Origin: Saccostrea cucullata
Taxonomy: Eukaryota
NCBI RefSeq assembly: GCF_032062105.1
Contig: NW_026921546.1
Location: 62,001-126,000, forward strand
Direction: 5' to 3'
Length of the DNA: 64,000 bases
Each line of letters begins with the position of its first letter. Positions within the stretch are counted from its first letter, which is position 1. The notes below the pieces were generated by a model. It was given only the letters and a program-made list of their open reading frames with translations. It had not been told where the DNA came from and did no database searches. Shown here piece by piece: positions 1-22,398 of this stretch. Both the position numbers and the translations under genes were made by a program.

Positions 1-8370
<8,370 letters not shown>

Positions 8371-10197
8371 ATTGGAAACAAGATCACATTGTTACTTACT
8401 TCGTTCGTTTTGATTAACAAGGAAATGTTCCCTTAGGTTTTGTGTGCATTGATTCTAAGACCTGGACGTAGCTGGGAGGAAGGAAATGAAAACTTCACTC
8501 TTTGAATTGTGGCAACGTTTGGATTGACACTAAAACATAATATCTGTAGAATTAAAACATTACTTCAGAGTTAAACCAATGACGAAATGATCGTACAGTA
8601 ACTCACACTTAAAATGAACTCGTTGTAAAATTCTTTTTCACTGAGTCACTTACAATTCTCTAAAGTTCCGGATCTCACGTCAACAGACATTGTTATACTC
8701 ATTTCTACATTGTATTTTGTCATTTTTATAGAAATACAGTCATGTACTCGTATTTTTTATCAAATGCTTATTTGGGTTTATTTTGCTGAATTATAAATAT
8801 TTGCAAATATCTCATTTTTGTTGTCATCTTAAAAGAAATTTCAATTAAAGCAATTAATTCATCTCAATTTACACCACCAAGTGTACTTTTAGTAAGACAG
8901 TCAGGAAAACGTCCCAGGAATAACGTCTTAAATTTGTACGTTGGTGTTATTTGTTACTAAGTCTATGTAGCGGAAACCTGTGACGGAGTGATCCTGTGAT
9001 TAAAGGTTGTAACACACGGAATTGAACATTAATTATTCCTACACGTGTCGAGTTGTATTGACAATGTCGAAAACTGAATGTGATGGATAATGGCATTTGA
9101 CCTTTAACCTTATTGAAAGACCTCGAGGAAATTTTTACACAATTACATAGCCTAATTACTGGAAAAGAGATGTAGAAGCATATATGTAATAAGTTTTATA
9201 AGAATAAACAACGATACTTATACATGTGTCTGATTTTTTTTTTTCTCGTTTCTTTTCTAACTTTATCTGCATTATAATGTTATTGCTTGTATTTAGATAA
9301 CGACAGACCAATGACTTGAATATCTGTTTATCTTCTTATATTTATGACATATATCTTCTGTTGTGTATGCGTAACAAGCATAGTATTATAAATGAATGTA
9401 ATACAAAAATTATTCATTTCATTCAATATGACTCAATAAATTATTTTACTGAAAAACATTCTAGGAAACACTATACTTTGAAGTTATTTTAAAGAGAATT
9501 ATTTAAAGTTCATTAGGTTAATTAAAACCTCCTACCTGGGTTTATCAGAGTTAAGTTGTATAAGCCATCGCTATGTCGTATTGACAGTAGAACCGCGTGT
9601 TACCTTTATCAGTCGACGGTAAATTAAGTTCATCAATATTTGTATAAAATGACCATCATTTCAGCTGTTCAATTGTCGTTATAAGGAGCAGATATTACCT
9701 CTCTCTACTTGATCGTCCCAGTAAATTGGGTCAAGTGTTTTTGCATTACCTCAAAATATTGTGTACTGCTTAACAACATAATGTTAGCATGGTGTATTCT
9801 GTCTCTCTCGTTTCATTTTTAAGAAATATTTTAAGAAAATTTTACTGTTGTAAAACTATTAAGTAAACACTATTAATGGAGCCTCTTTCTTTGTATTTGT
9901 CTGTAATTTAAACTCTTTCACGATATTAATTGTTGAAGTATACACTGTGACGGAGAACACGCACGGAGAACACGCGACTTCCCGCCCACCCTTAAGGGGC
10001 CAATTTACAAGATATACGACCCATCATTTCCGCCCCAACACAACACGTGTTAGGTCTCTTACTCTGTATGTATAAAGGAAAAAGATTCTTTTTATATTGA
10101 TAGAAATGCATTGTTATTTTATTTATAATCTTAGGGACAGAAGATATTTTTTGCATCATAAAAACATATTAAAGTATTTTATTAAAAAAAAAATTTA

Positions 10198-10347
10198 NNN
10201 NNNNNNNNNNNNNNNNNNNNNNNNNNNNNNNNNNNNNNNNNNNNNNNNNNNNNNNNNNNNNNNNNNNNNNNNNNNNNNNNNNNNNNNNNNNNNNNNNNNN
10301 NNNNNNNNNNNNNNNNNNNNNNNNNNNNNNNNNNNNNNNNNNNNNNN
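10198..10347. other. Assembly gap (150 N)
   Basis: Run of N characters. Confidence 1.
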
Positions 10348-12708
10348 TGTACTTTTCTTTAAAGTGATAAAAGTTGGAAAGTTTTGAGATGATTGCAGAA
10401 AGGTTGCTTATATATTTCGAACGATGTAAAAAGGTTACCAATCTAAACGTTTTTAGAATGATTTATATTTACATTATTTGCAACCGAAATAACTCTAAGT
10501 CTATAAATATACATGTGTAAATTAGGCATTTATTGTTTTGTTTCATCTGTCCTTAAAAAGTACATATTAGAAATAATAAATCATTTTCCAATCCTATATG
10601 ATTTATGTTTTAAAAAGCATCACATAAATATGCATTCATTTGATTGAATTATATTTCTAATAAAATGGTCAAGTTTAACATTGATATCATTCTATGCAAA
10701 TGATTATCTTAAAATATCCAATATTGAAGGGCTACATAATTTATCATCCAGTAGAGATATACACGCGTACCCAAATGTGCATCTTAATACCCTCCACATT
10801 TTCTGGAAGGTTAATTATTTAATTGATATATGCGGAATAATTCTGCAATATCACCGTCTCAAGTTAATTACGATAATGAATACGGTTATGTAATAGTAAC
10901 TGACGTATTGAATCTGCACTTATATCATTCCAATGAAAATTCCCTCGTCTTATGCCGTTTTGAGGAAATGGTACAGAGATAGACAATAACTATACGGAAT
11001 TTAACCACAGACACCTAGTTCCAAGCACTGATACAATACAAGCAACTGTTTTCTACTTCCGATAAAATATTTACACGTGATGTTCAATCGATTATTTGTA
11101 ATTGACAATAAAGAAACATAAATCACTGTATCACACTATTGTAGGGGAATCCTGGGCCGATTTTTGATGCTTGATCAAACTGAAATTGAATAACACGTCA
11201 TTTGTGATTCAAAAATACGTTCGAATATTAATCATATTATACGATTTCTTTTACGACGAAAATTTATTTATAACAAATGCTTCCGTGAACATATTTATTT
11301 CCTACACATAATAAGAATAAAGTATTTATTTTTGGTATAAGGATATCAAAAAGACAATTCTTGTTCACACATTAAGCTGGATTTTTTTTCTTTAAGTATC
11401 TTAGATTAATTGAATACTAATGTCAAATTCACTATATTGTTTGTTTAAACTTGCAAATTACCTTTTATATCAACTACATGTATATACATTAAATATATAT
11501 AGGCGACCATGTAATTTGGAGATAAGAGCGATTTGCCAAGTTTAAGAAGTAAATATTCTGTCCCCGAATATAGATTATTGCTATAAATTGGTAAGGAAAT
11601 ATATAATAAAATTTATTGTTCATATTTCACTTGAAATCTAATTTCATTATCAATAATCCTTTTATGCAGCAGATTTTAATCTTACGAGGCTCATTTCCTG
11701 GAATTTGTATTTAAACTGTTTTAAAATAAATCTCGTCGTACGACAGATCATGACATTGTGGTAATCTCAAAGGCACATGATTCTGTTATATTTTTTCATC
11801 CAAAGTATGAACATAATTATACTATAAGTGAAAAAATACAGAAATAAATGTCTGTTTTAACTTTTCTATCCTATAATATTTAGATAAAAATCATGAATCG
11901 AGTGTTTCTTATTATTGAAATTAAAAATGGAAATGGAAACCGTGCAAGTGGACTTTTTTTAATACAAAATTTTATTCTCCAATAAAGGTGAATAGGACTG
12001 CGCAGACAAAGCCTATTTTAGCCTTCTCCCTACATGGTCAAGGTGAACATACACACAGTATAGGTATAAAACTAGATAGACAAACATAGTGGAAAAGACA
12101 GAAGAAAAAAAATAAAATGTATAGTATCAGTTTGAAAATGTTGGCAGAAGTAACATACATGGCAGTGTTAAATAAAGGGTTTGCTTGCTACGATGTAAAC
12201 ATATACTGTTTAAAATATTTGAATATTGATACCAAGTCTATGATTAGGAATATCATACAAAAATAAATCAATTTCGTGAATTTGATCACAATCAATAATA
12301 TTTTGGGTTGTTTGAAAAAGTACATTTCTGGGAGAAACATGTTTTGAACAAAGAAATAATGATGAGCATGCATCTTCAACAGAGTCAATACAGTCTTCAC
12401 ACACTGGTGTTTCTGATAAAAATTGGTTGTAAAATCTGCCATTATTACTTGCATTATTCCGTAACTGACAATGTATTATATTGTACTTTCTTATTCCAAA
12501 ATGAAAAATTTCTTTATCTTTTTTTTTTTAAATAAGAATTTGAAAAACTCTTGAATGAAGATATTCCAGGAGCATTTCAAATTGGTAAGTTATGCCACAC
12601 TTTAGCAGTTGATGGAAGGAAACTTTCCATAAATGATGTAGTCCTTATATGAGGAATTTTGAATTCTTCATTCATTGGTTCTAAAGTTATATAGGAGTGA
12701 TTTGATGG

Positions 12709-13455
12709 GGGTAGACTTTACTTTACCGGTCCCCAAATCCGCAAGATCCTCGCGCTCATTGGACTATGACGTAACATTTACGTCACTCAACTGAAATGGG
12801 TTAAATTTGCACACTATATTCGACTGATTAGGGTTAGTTTTCCACCCACCTGAGAGATTAGGGTTAGTCCTTGCACTAGTATTCGACTGATTAGGGTTAG
12901 TCTTGCATCCATCCGAGAGATTAGGGTTAGTCCTTGCATATTATTCGACTGATTAGGGTTAGTTTAGCATCTGCCCGGGATATTTCATCTAAACGTCTTA
13001 GTCCCTGCACACTATCCGATGGATTAGGGTTAGTAACTCGTTCTTTTACATAAGTTAGGAAATTCAGGTGTTTCTGGATTTTTCCAAGATCATATAATTC
13101 AGCATTAAAGACATTTCGTTCGTTTGTTTACATGGAAGAATGGCTAAGTCCGAAAGAAATGACACTAAGCATGCGCCGCACGCGCTTCGTTAGAATTATT
13201 CCTTGACGATTTTTTCCATGAATAAACAATATTTATTTATTTTTTCAGAGAACGAGGTTAAAAACTACGTTTAAAAACGAAGTTTTAAACTAAACTTTTT
13301 ACCGTAGAATTCGATTTTGGGGTCAAAAGGCCAAAAAACCTCGTATTTAAATTTTTTTTTCGATCGCTCACGCGATCTCATATATAGTGAAGTCGCCTTC
13401 GGCGACACTACATTTTAGCGCGTTTTCCTGGGGACCGGTAAAGTAAAGTCGTTCC
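12709..13455. mobile_element. Non-autonomous DNA transposon (MITE), GG termini, 8-bp TSD (Merlin- or Mutator-like), with an internal TTAGGGTTAG array
   Basis: TIR GACTTTACTTTACCGGTCCCCA / TGGGGACCGGTAAAGTAAAGTC; TSD TTTGATGG at 12701-12708 and 13456-13463. Superfamily is inferred. Confidence 0.88.
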
Positions 13456-13932
13456 TTTGATGGACAAAAAGGTTCAATAAAGTCATATAAATATTGATAT
13501 GAATAGCCATTAGTGATTTTGTAAGAAAGTAGCAATATATATAGGAATATTCCTCCTTGTTTGTAAAAGATCCCTCCCTAAATCATCATACAATTTTGAC
13601 CGAAAGGAATTGAATCTTAAACCAGTAATGAAGAAAGTAAATGGAATTAAATTTCAGCGAGACAGATTTCATGTTTTATACAAAAAATTGGTATATTATT
13701 TTAGCGAGAACTAGTTTTAGTTGTTTTATAATAGCTGAAATAAAATGTAATCTATATTTAATTAAATCCTCTCTAAAAAAATTCTACTTCTACGGGGACG
13801 TTCCTTAAATTTGAAGACCATTCTAAAAATAAAATATAAATGTACTTTAAAGCATATATAAAATTCAGAAATGTACGCGGAAGTTTTTGTACTGAAATCT
13901 ATATTCAATATATATACAAATTCTTTCTGTTC

Positions 13933-13963
<31 letters not shown>

Positions 13964-15102
13964 AAAGCGGACATTAGAAATTTATTTTTAGATATGATAT
14001 GCTATTTTAGATCAAATATTAACACATTCAAACCACATTGTTTGTTTCAAGGGCATTTCATTATCATAGCCATACATACATCATGTACATATGCTTAATA
14101 TTTTATCAAGAATTTAACAAATTCAAAACACTCTGAAATCTTACTTTTTTTATTTAATGAAGAGTTTTAAGTTTTGCAGTTGTTTACAAACACTTTTCTG
14201 CATAAAGTATCCCCGCTCCCCCGTTCACCTGTATTTACCTATTCTGATTTACCTGACGGTCTGATTTCGTCATCTCTGCTCGTACGTATATTTCACACCT
14301 TGTTGATGCAAGTTTGTGTACAGCCACCAACCCGCAATGAACAGCTGGAACAACGACCAATAGATTGTATCGACGTCGGCTTACTCCCATTTTTTACGGA
14401 AAAAAATAATGGTTTACGTGAAAAGAAACCATTTATGATGAGAAACATTGTAACTAAAACAAAAACACATACATTTTCAAAATCAAACTTTAAAAAATTC
14501 AAAGAGCGAATGCATGAATAATATCTATTAGAACACATTAGTTTGATTTAATTTTATTTTTAGAAAACAAAATGTTGTCACACTCCGACGCATATAGATT
14601 TGTGTAGGTCTTTATATTGAAAATCATTTCCATCATTCAAAGACTTACACGTGCCACGGTTAATCTGTCGAGTTATGATGAAGTGATTATCGTTTGTCAC
14701 CCCCGTCTTCTGCAATCTGAAACAGACACAAGACAGACTTTTCTTCAATAACCCCCCGGGACAAAACGGAAGCAGTACTTTACGCACGCGACCGCAACAA
14801 TTCTTAAAATCAAAAGCCGTTTTGACAGATGATGGCATGTCAAAATTTTATAACGTCGGGCTGATGTTATTTATAACGAAGTTAAACTCTTATGAATTAA
14901 TTAGCGATTATGGTGATTCGTCATCCGGAAAAACAATACAGAACTACAAGTATATAATAAACACCGAGGACTCGTTAAACAAACTGTGTCTTAACAGAGC
15001 AACAGATTACATCTAGCAACTTGCGGCACTTTCTCATCAACGAAAGCAAACTATTTTTGCAGTCCACCGAAGTTTAACTGATTTTATTTTTCAAACGAAA
15101 TA

Positions 15103-16300
15103 ATGTACGCCAAAGTTTCTTTGATTTTATTTTCCGTCTTTGTACCTGAAGTTGTGTTTGGAGCATGTCGGATATATCCACAGAACTTACAGGCGGTTCC
15201 TGGAAAACCTGGTAAATATATTTACAGCGTTCCGAAAAGTTGTACGTTTTTTGTTTCATTTAAAAGCATTGTTGTTTTTTTTTCGTCATAATCAAACATC
15301 TTGTAATCATACGTAAATATATAATTTAAACGCACCTCTATTTTCTGCATTTGCAGTATATTGGTATTGGAGAATAAATTGCAATATTGTCGAATTCTAG
15401 GATAATGAAAATTTTTATGTGGATTATCCCTTTTTTAAATGTACTTTCACTTTCTCCTTGGCAGTATCATTGGACTGTTTATATAAGAACTCTATCCGGG
15501 TGGCCTATCAGGAGACGTACAGAGATCACGTGACCTGTGAGGACTGTTATTGTACAGAGACCGGGCTGGAGTGTTGTGGGTAGGTGTCGCTAATAATTCT
15601 TTGGTTGTCATTTTTAAGGTCTATATATAAAACTTGGACGAGAATCGCCTATTTTACATTTACTCTTTCAATATAAAATTTATACTGAAAACATGATAAT
15701 AATCATATTTACAACTAAATGTAGTTATTTTCAACTCGAGATTGAAATTTGATAAAAAGAAACACACACACACAAAAAGAAAAAAAACAATTGGTATTAT
15801 TTTTTTCTCGGTTTGAAAATAATTCTGTAATCTTCGAGCAATAGAATACATTAGTAAATAACAGAAAGAAATATTTCACAAAATTATGCACTACGTAAAT
15901 GCAGAAAACTTAGTCGACACTACATAGTATGTTTGAATAAAAAAAACTGAAATAATTTTGCAGGTTTGGAAGTAACGCAGGGACAGTTCAAATAGAAGGT
16001 TGCATCGAACAAAGAGATGGTTGTTATTCAAAATTCGTAGATGCCAGCGACCCCACCAAGCCTTGCCGTGCTACCATGACAACAACTCAAGCTCCGGTAA
16101 AACACGAGCTGGACAACCAAATATACAGAAATCCATTCTTGAACAAGGATAACTCACCATTTAATAGCTTCGGGAGCCCTAGCTCACTCTCTGGTCCTGA
16201 TAACTGGACCAATGATGATCTGGACACGAAGTCCCAGAGGCAACGACAATACTATTTGTTTCTGTGGTCCCTCATTAATTATTTCATGAATAACAATTAA
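15103..16300 (+). CDS. Beta-microseminoprotein (MSMB/PSP94)-like secreted protein, copy 1
   Basis: Exons 15103-15211, 15465-15579, 15964-16300 (intron phases 1, 2). Signal peptide, then C...C...TCEDCYCTETGLECC...C...C..FVDASDPTKPC: the 10-Cys PSP94 pattern, plus a ~75-aa C-terminal extension. TATA-like TATATAA near 14951. Confidence 0.85.
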
Positions 16301-17064
16301 TTTATTATTGCGTAATAGAGATATATGAAATCCATTTTCCATTAATTTATTGTGATTTTCTTTATTTATTAAAATAATTTTTGTACATTGTATTTATTTG
16401 TAAATCATAATCTTATTTATTTCTAATCATCTCTACCTGAAACATAAATGTTTTTACAACACTTCATTTTTGTGTGTTTTATTTTTTGCTTTATATAGAA
16501 AAATAAATGAAAGAGAAAGGCAATGATTGTGTTATATTTATTACATTTTTTGAGTTAGTAGCAGAGTGTTGCATGGTGTATTGAACTGCAACTTGTTTAC
16601 TGTTATCCTGTAAAACGAGAAACACCAACAAGTACATAAAGCATTTAGACAATCATTATTCCACACTTGTTCTATAAGAAATTAATTCATGCAGCAGCTC
16701 TGACATATCGTATTTGCATTTGTAAGAAAAGTATCCCATTATTATATGTGACAGAATCCTGAAAATTAACAGGATCTGCAGGCAGGTTATGTGCGATAGG
16801 TGGAGATAACAAGAAAATGTTCACTTACATTGTTTATGCAAAGCAAAGAACTACAAGACATAAAAAATACTTTCTAAACGTTAATTGTACTCGATAAAAA
16901 TTACTTGCAGTTTGTTACATAATATTCATTTACTCATCGTAAGCTGAGGGTTTTAGCGTGGGTGTGTCGAACACTTGACTAACGGGACACTGCGGGGCAT
17001 ACACATCCCAACAACACGGTGGGGCGGATAACAAAACACCGCGGCAGAGAGCCAGAGAACAGCC

Positions 17065-19064
17065 ATGTTCTATCGCTGGTTTGTCTTTGCTGTCCCTCTG
17101 CTGGGTTTCTTGTCTGATTTCTGTGTGGCGTTTGATGTCTGTAATACACTGATTCAGGTGGAACACGATCGAGATGAAAACAATCAAGGTAGGCTAGAAG
17201 AACTCGTATATTTACTTAATCTTGTCAATGGACACTTTAAAAATATTTTGTGAAAATATTCGTATTGTAAACACAAATCTGAAATACAATCGTAAGAAGC
17301 TTGACTTTCTGTTTAACAATAGATAGGCAGTTTTTGGAAATACAGTTTTCCAACAGTCTGTAGGAATATCCATAGGTACCAATTACGTACCATTATTAGC
17401 AGACTTATTTTCATATTCATTTGAAACAGAATAAGGCTAATTCGAAATCTTATACATGAGAAGAAAACACTTGATTTGGCCTTCAAATCGGCATTTAGAT
17501 ATATGGATGTTGTATTATCAATTGTACTAATTGTAAAGTCATTATAACACGCCTGATTGTCTACAGATTACTTTCTTATTTCCGATCATGACATAGAACT
17601 CCTGGCGGATGTGATGCGTGTGTCAGCAGGGGATGCTCACTCCTTCACGGCACCTGATCCCACCTTTGATGTTTTTCCAGTCTCTTTCTTCTTCTTCTGA
17701 TTTGTACTGTTGAAAAGACTTTTGAGCTTGAATACTGTTCGTTACATCTATATATTTGATTGATTGATCCTTACTTTTACATTGAGTCTTTTTATTCTAT
17801 ACACACCACTTCTACCAAAATGAATAAAAGCCTCGCAATTATTTTCACCGCTTGTCTTTGGATACTTAGCGCATAATTCTCGCTTCTAAAGAATTTGTGT
17901 AATAGTTATCATCTTTGTAGAACTTGACTTTAAATGAAAATTATCTTTTTTCTTAGTTTATTAAACTAAATATACCTTGTAATTAGGGACTCCTCATTCC
18001 ATCCAGGAAACACAACTTATAAATGCCTAAAACGCTTTTTTTAAAGAAATGACTATGGACTACATATATTTACAGTCTTGGCCTGCCGGTATCAAATACT
18101 GAAGTATGATCCTTCAGGAGTTTTTCTAAGAGAAACAGTGTCAACACCAGTAAACCAGACGCTATGTCACGTAGTTACTCAGACATTGTCCACATAGTAG
18201 GGATGTCAAAATTGTCAATAAGATATTCGAATATTCGTGTAGGGCGATAAAATAAATATATCTTGCATTATACATGTAATATGTATAGATCTTCACTCTT
18301 TTGTGAAGCAATACACGTTTTATGTCATTATTTTGGAATAAAATTTCAAGTAGATTTTGTAAATGCACTGTTATTATATTCTTGAAATATTTTACAGAAT
18401 GTAGTTACGTTTCAGACATTGTCCACATAGGTATCACTTAAAAGTAATACCTAAGGTCAATTAATTGTCACATTATGATTTTCTTATTCATAAGTTTTTT
18501 TTATTATCATTTACGATATGATGATAACAAAAATATATCAAAAGCCATCAATCAGTATCACCAGACTGCAACATTTAATTAAAATCAATGTTTTCAAGAT
18601 AAGATAATACTGCTCGAAGTACTGTCTGGTTTTACTTATTTCTATGTATAAATCGCACTATACTATTATTTTCTCTTTATAGCCATGTGCCTGAATGGGA
18701 GAGGTATCCAGTGGGAACATTTTTACCACCAGTAGGATGCACCTTTTCACAGAATCTGCAATGTGAATTAGAGACGATATGTCCAAGTATGACAGAGAAA
18801 CAAGCAACAGACACATTATCAAAAACAACAGTTCCTCCTCAGGAAGATACATACAAAGACATTATAAGTACTCCTTTCAAAGTGACAGTAAAAGTAGATA
18901 TCAGTACTCCTTATACTGGTGACGTAACCACGAAGCGACGGGGATCATCTCAAAACAGGGTAGCAACAGAAGCACCGCCATCAACAGGAAATTTTACACA
19001 TGTATCCGTATATATCTTATTTTTGTCATTACTTATGAACATTATTTATGTCATTGAATTGTGA
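17065..19064 (+). pseudogene. Divergent MSMB-like copy 2 with Thr-rich stalk and hydrophobic tail; middle exon appears disrupted
   Basis: Exon 1 17065-17188 (signal peptide, phase 1). Exon 2 starts 18076 (VLACRYQ...) but reaches TAG near 18197. A frameshifted remnant DCNI(Y)QCFQDKI(Y)CS lies at ~18561-18618. Last exon 18683-19064 is phase 2 with 3 Cys, a stalk and a hydrophobic C-terminus. AATAAA ~19102. Confidence 0.55.
17300..17750 (+). mobile_element. Internally deleted Penelope-like (Naiad) fragment in MSMB-like copy 2 intron 1
   Basis: Encodes VFQQSVGI.IGTN..PLLADLF, then jumps to the 3' UTR motif GGCACCTGATCCCACC. Confidence 0.8.
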
Positions 19065-19982
19065 TTGATATGGTAAAACAAGAAGCACCCATGAAAAGGC
19101 AAATAAAACATATATTGAATAGATATTCCATAAGCCCCCAAAAAGGAGTTATAATAGCTCAATAATACCTCTGCTTGACTTGTGTATGATAAAGTGGGAT
19201 ATATCCTTTTAATGAAATCAAAAACCGCAAGTAAATTAACTCAAGGATAGAAATATTGAAATTTTCAAGACAATGTAGCCACATCAATGTTATCAAAAGT
19301 GCTTTTTTTCATGGTTTTATTTGTAAGAAAGATCAATGATCTTCCTAGTGCAATGGGGTTGAGGTCATTTAATGAAAAAGAACTAAAATTTCCAAAGAAG
19401 TATATGCAAGATACTTCTTTTAATTTTGAAGTATATGCAAGATACTCCTAAATTTAAAAACTTCATACTCAAATTTTGTTATATTTGTATGTCTGTCATT
19501 TTTTATGCATTTTCACATGTACTTCCTCATAATATATAAATGCATTCATGTAAATAAATGCAAACTTTTGAGCATGACATTAAAAAAAATTCAAAAATCT
19601 TGAATCAAAAGTTAATTCATGAATGCAATTTTTAAAACAATGAAAAACAAAATATGTACCGCAAGGAAAAGTAATAAAGGGATTCGTCAATTTTGAATTT
19701 CTACAGTAACATACTGATTGGTCGATCCAGTTGCATTTTGTTTTGTAACCAATGGAAGAGTGTTTTTGTTGTTAGTCAAAAGTGAAGTTTATGTCTTTTT
19801 AATGATGTTGATTTAATTAGCATTTTAAAAAAACATTTGCTGTGACATTACGATGTTTTCACACGCTTATTATTTTTTAAGAAAATGTCTTTGATTTGTA
19901 TAATAGATAAAACATAAAACATTCGCTTCAATCACAATATCCATAGAAATGACCAATACATTTTAATGCAATAAATGTAGAA

Positions 19983-20600
19983 AACGAACACTATCAGAAC
20001 TCAGAATTCCTAAAATCAATTCATTTTTTGAAGCAGAGCAAACGCTGACCTCTAAAACATCAGAGGTGGGATGAGGGACCAATGAGGAGTGATCATCCCT
20101 CGCTGTTTGATCCTTGTCGTGTTGATTATCTATTATGTAGATAATAGTCCAGAAATTAGTAGGAACATCTGACTTAATGATTTTATGAGTTTATTTGTTG
20201 ATAACGTCTTTGTATCATTAAATAGAACGAAATGACGATTTTCTTGTTTTTCAGGAACTTGTTTGTCAATAAATTATCTCATAATAGCTACCTACCTACC
20301 TAGTCCTTGTTGCACCCGGAGGCACATAGGGTATCTCATAATATAAATTAAAAAATCTGTAGAACATTCTCTTCCATCCTGAACAAGCTAAGAAAGCCCA
20401 CATGCAGTTGATGGAGGTACATTACTGCATAAGTGAGGGAAATTGACGATTTAAAAATGAAAAAGTCTTTGCATTTATCATTACACTTGAATGTTTATAA
20501 CCATAAGCGCTTTTTTCAGTAAGGTATCCAAATGTTAAACAGATGTGGGTCACACTCTATAGCTAACCGAGTTATATTGCATCGACGTGAGAATGGAATA
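19983..20600 (-). mobile_element. Degenerate Penelope-like (Naiad) 3' fragment
   Basis: GCAGAGCAAAC..GACCTCTAAAACATCAGAGGTGGGAT is the reverse complement of the family 3' tail; further thumb-region remnants follow. Confidence 0.65.
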
Positions 20601-22398
20601 AAGCATTGATTATTGACATTTCGACATTAATTTTTTTTTACTTTATAGTTGAGCGTCACAGCAAGTATATTCTTCTTTTCACGTATAAGATTGTGAAACA
20701 AATTATGTTTCATATTCATTCAATTAAGTCTAAAAACTTTCAAACCTATGTATTTTTCTTCATATATATCATTTTCTCCTACCTTCATTGAGAATTCATG
20801 TCAACAGAAAAAAAAACATGAATATCTCTTTATTTTGAATGTTAAAGAAACCATTCTGCCAAATAAACAAATGTCATATTTCTATATTTTTGTCTCCCTC
20901 TCTCATTTTCCTCCATTTCCAAAGATGAAATTATTGGTTTAACCTCTTCAAATTAAAATTAGATAAAAACATTTATCATTATAATCTTTTCAAATTGAAT
21001 GGAAACGCATATACGATTTACGTTTCAGTTCATTTTTTTTAAACATGCTGTCTGAATTCCTTCAATGAAAATATTTTTAGAAAGACCTTGTCAAATAGCA
21101 GTGTGACCTATCTCATTAAGATCCGTTTTAGAAGCACCTGTACAGTAGACCAATGATGATATAGTTTGCTTTCATTTGTCATAAACTTAACATTAAGTTT
21201 GTACAATGATGAACTGTTCCAATTAGAAGATTGTTGTCTTTTACAAAAAAAATTAATTATCATTTTTAATTACTAGAGAATGCATTTAAATTTTAATTTA
21301 CAATCTAGCCATTCTTTAGCAAGATTGAGTATTCAAAGCAATTAGAAAACAGGAAGTATTCTTTAGAATGTAAAGCATAAAGTTATTATGAAATCTATTT
21401 AATGTACATATCATAAAAAGCAAGCAATAACAAAATTAAGAGAGAAAAAATGTGATAATCAGTTTGAAGCAAATAGCAATTAAGTATTTCATGTAACTTT
21501 TATATCATTTAAAAATTAATTATTTACATTGAATACTCGTAAACTACATGTAGCATATATATGTGATATTCTGACTGAAGTCTCTTTGTAAAGTAAAAAG
21601 GTAGGCCTACATGTATATAATATTTTGTAAAGATTCCTTATAATTGAAATCTGCACTATAATCATCAAAATTTACGTGTAAAGATCATATTCAGCTGAAT
21701 GAAGTTGATAAGTAGGTGGCTTTTAGGTGAGAAAATATAATACTATTGAGAAAAAAATCCTAAGATTATGCTGGTTTTGGTGGGTTTTTTGTTTTTGTTT
21801 TGTTATTGTTGATGTTACTGCAGGCCAGTTTTGATATTGTCCTTATGATAGATAAAATATGGAGATGTGACAAATGAAACTGATTCATATAATTTTCTTC
21901 AGGACGTAAACAAGGAGATTAATTTTGTTCAAGATTGTGTGGTAGTTACAAGACGAATCTGTTATCTTCTTGCACACATTTTATAATCACTTATCAGGTC
22001 CATTTTGTATTTGTTAACTCAGGCCATACAAACTGATGGTGGACGACGAATATTTCGTATTTCAGCAGATCTTGAATCAATATTAAAGAGAAACGCATTA
22101 TTTACATTACTTTGTCATTATGTTCTTGAGGCAATGAAAAAAGGACATGTTTATTAAATAATAATAATATTATTATTGGATAATGATAAAATCATAATAA
22201 ACCTAAAATGTAATAGATATTTAGAAATACAACCATAGAACATATTCAGGGGAACGAAAAAGAACTTACAATGATTAAACAAGAAGGATAATCGCTGCAC
22301 TTTTATGTACCAACATAGAAATGCAGTACCAAACTACTTCTCTATTGGCAACATTATCAATATATCATATTAAAAAAAACTTTGCAGTTTAATTATGA

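Noticed and set aside
12826-13033. CRISPR-like repeat-spacer array or true telomere
   Set aside because: Repeats are only 13 bp, spacers are related to each other in two alternating types, there are no cas genes, and the array lies within a TSD-flanked eukaryotic MITE; it is not a contiguous (TTAGGG)n tract
14174-15016. Overlapping short ORFs upstream of MSMB-like copy 1
   Set aside because: No recognisable domains or splice-consistent structure; more likely promoter or intergenic sequence
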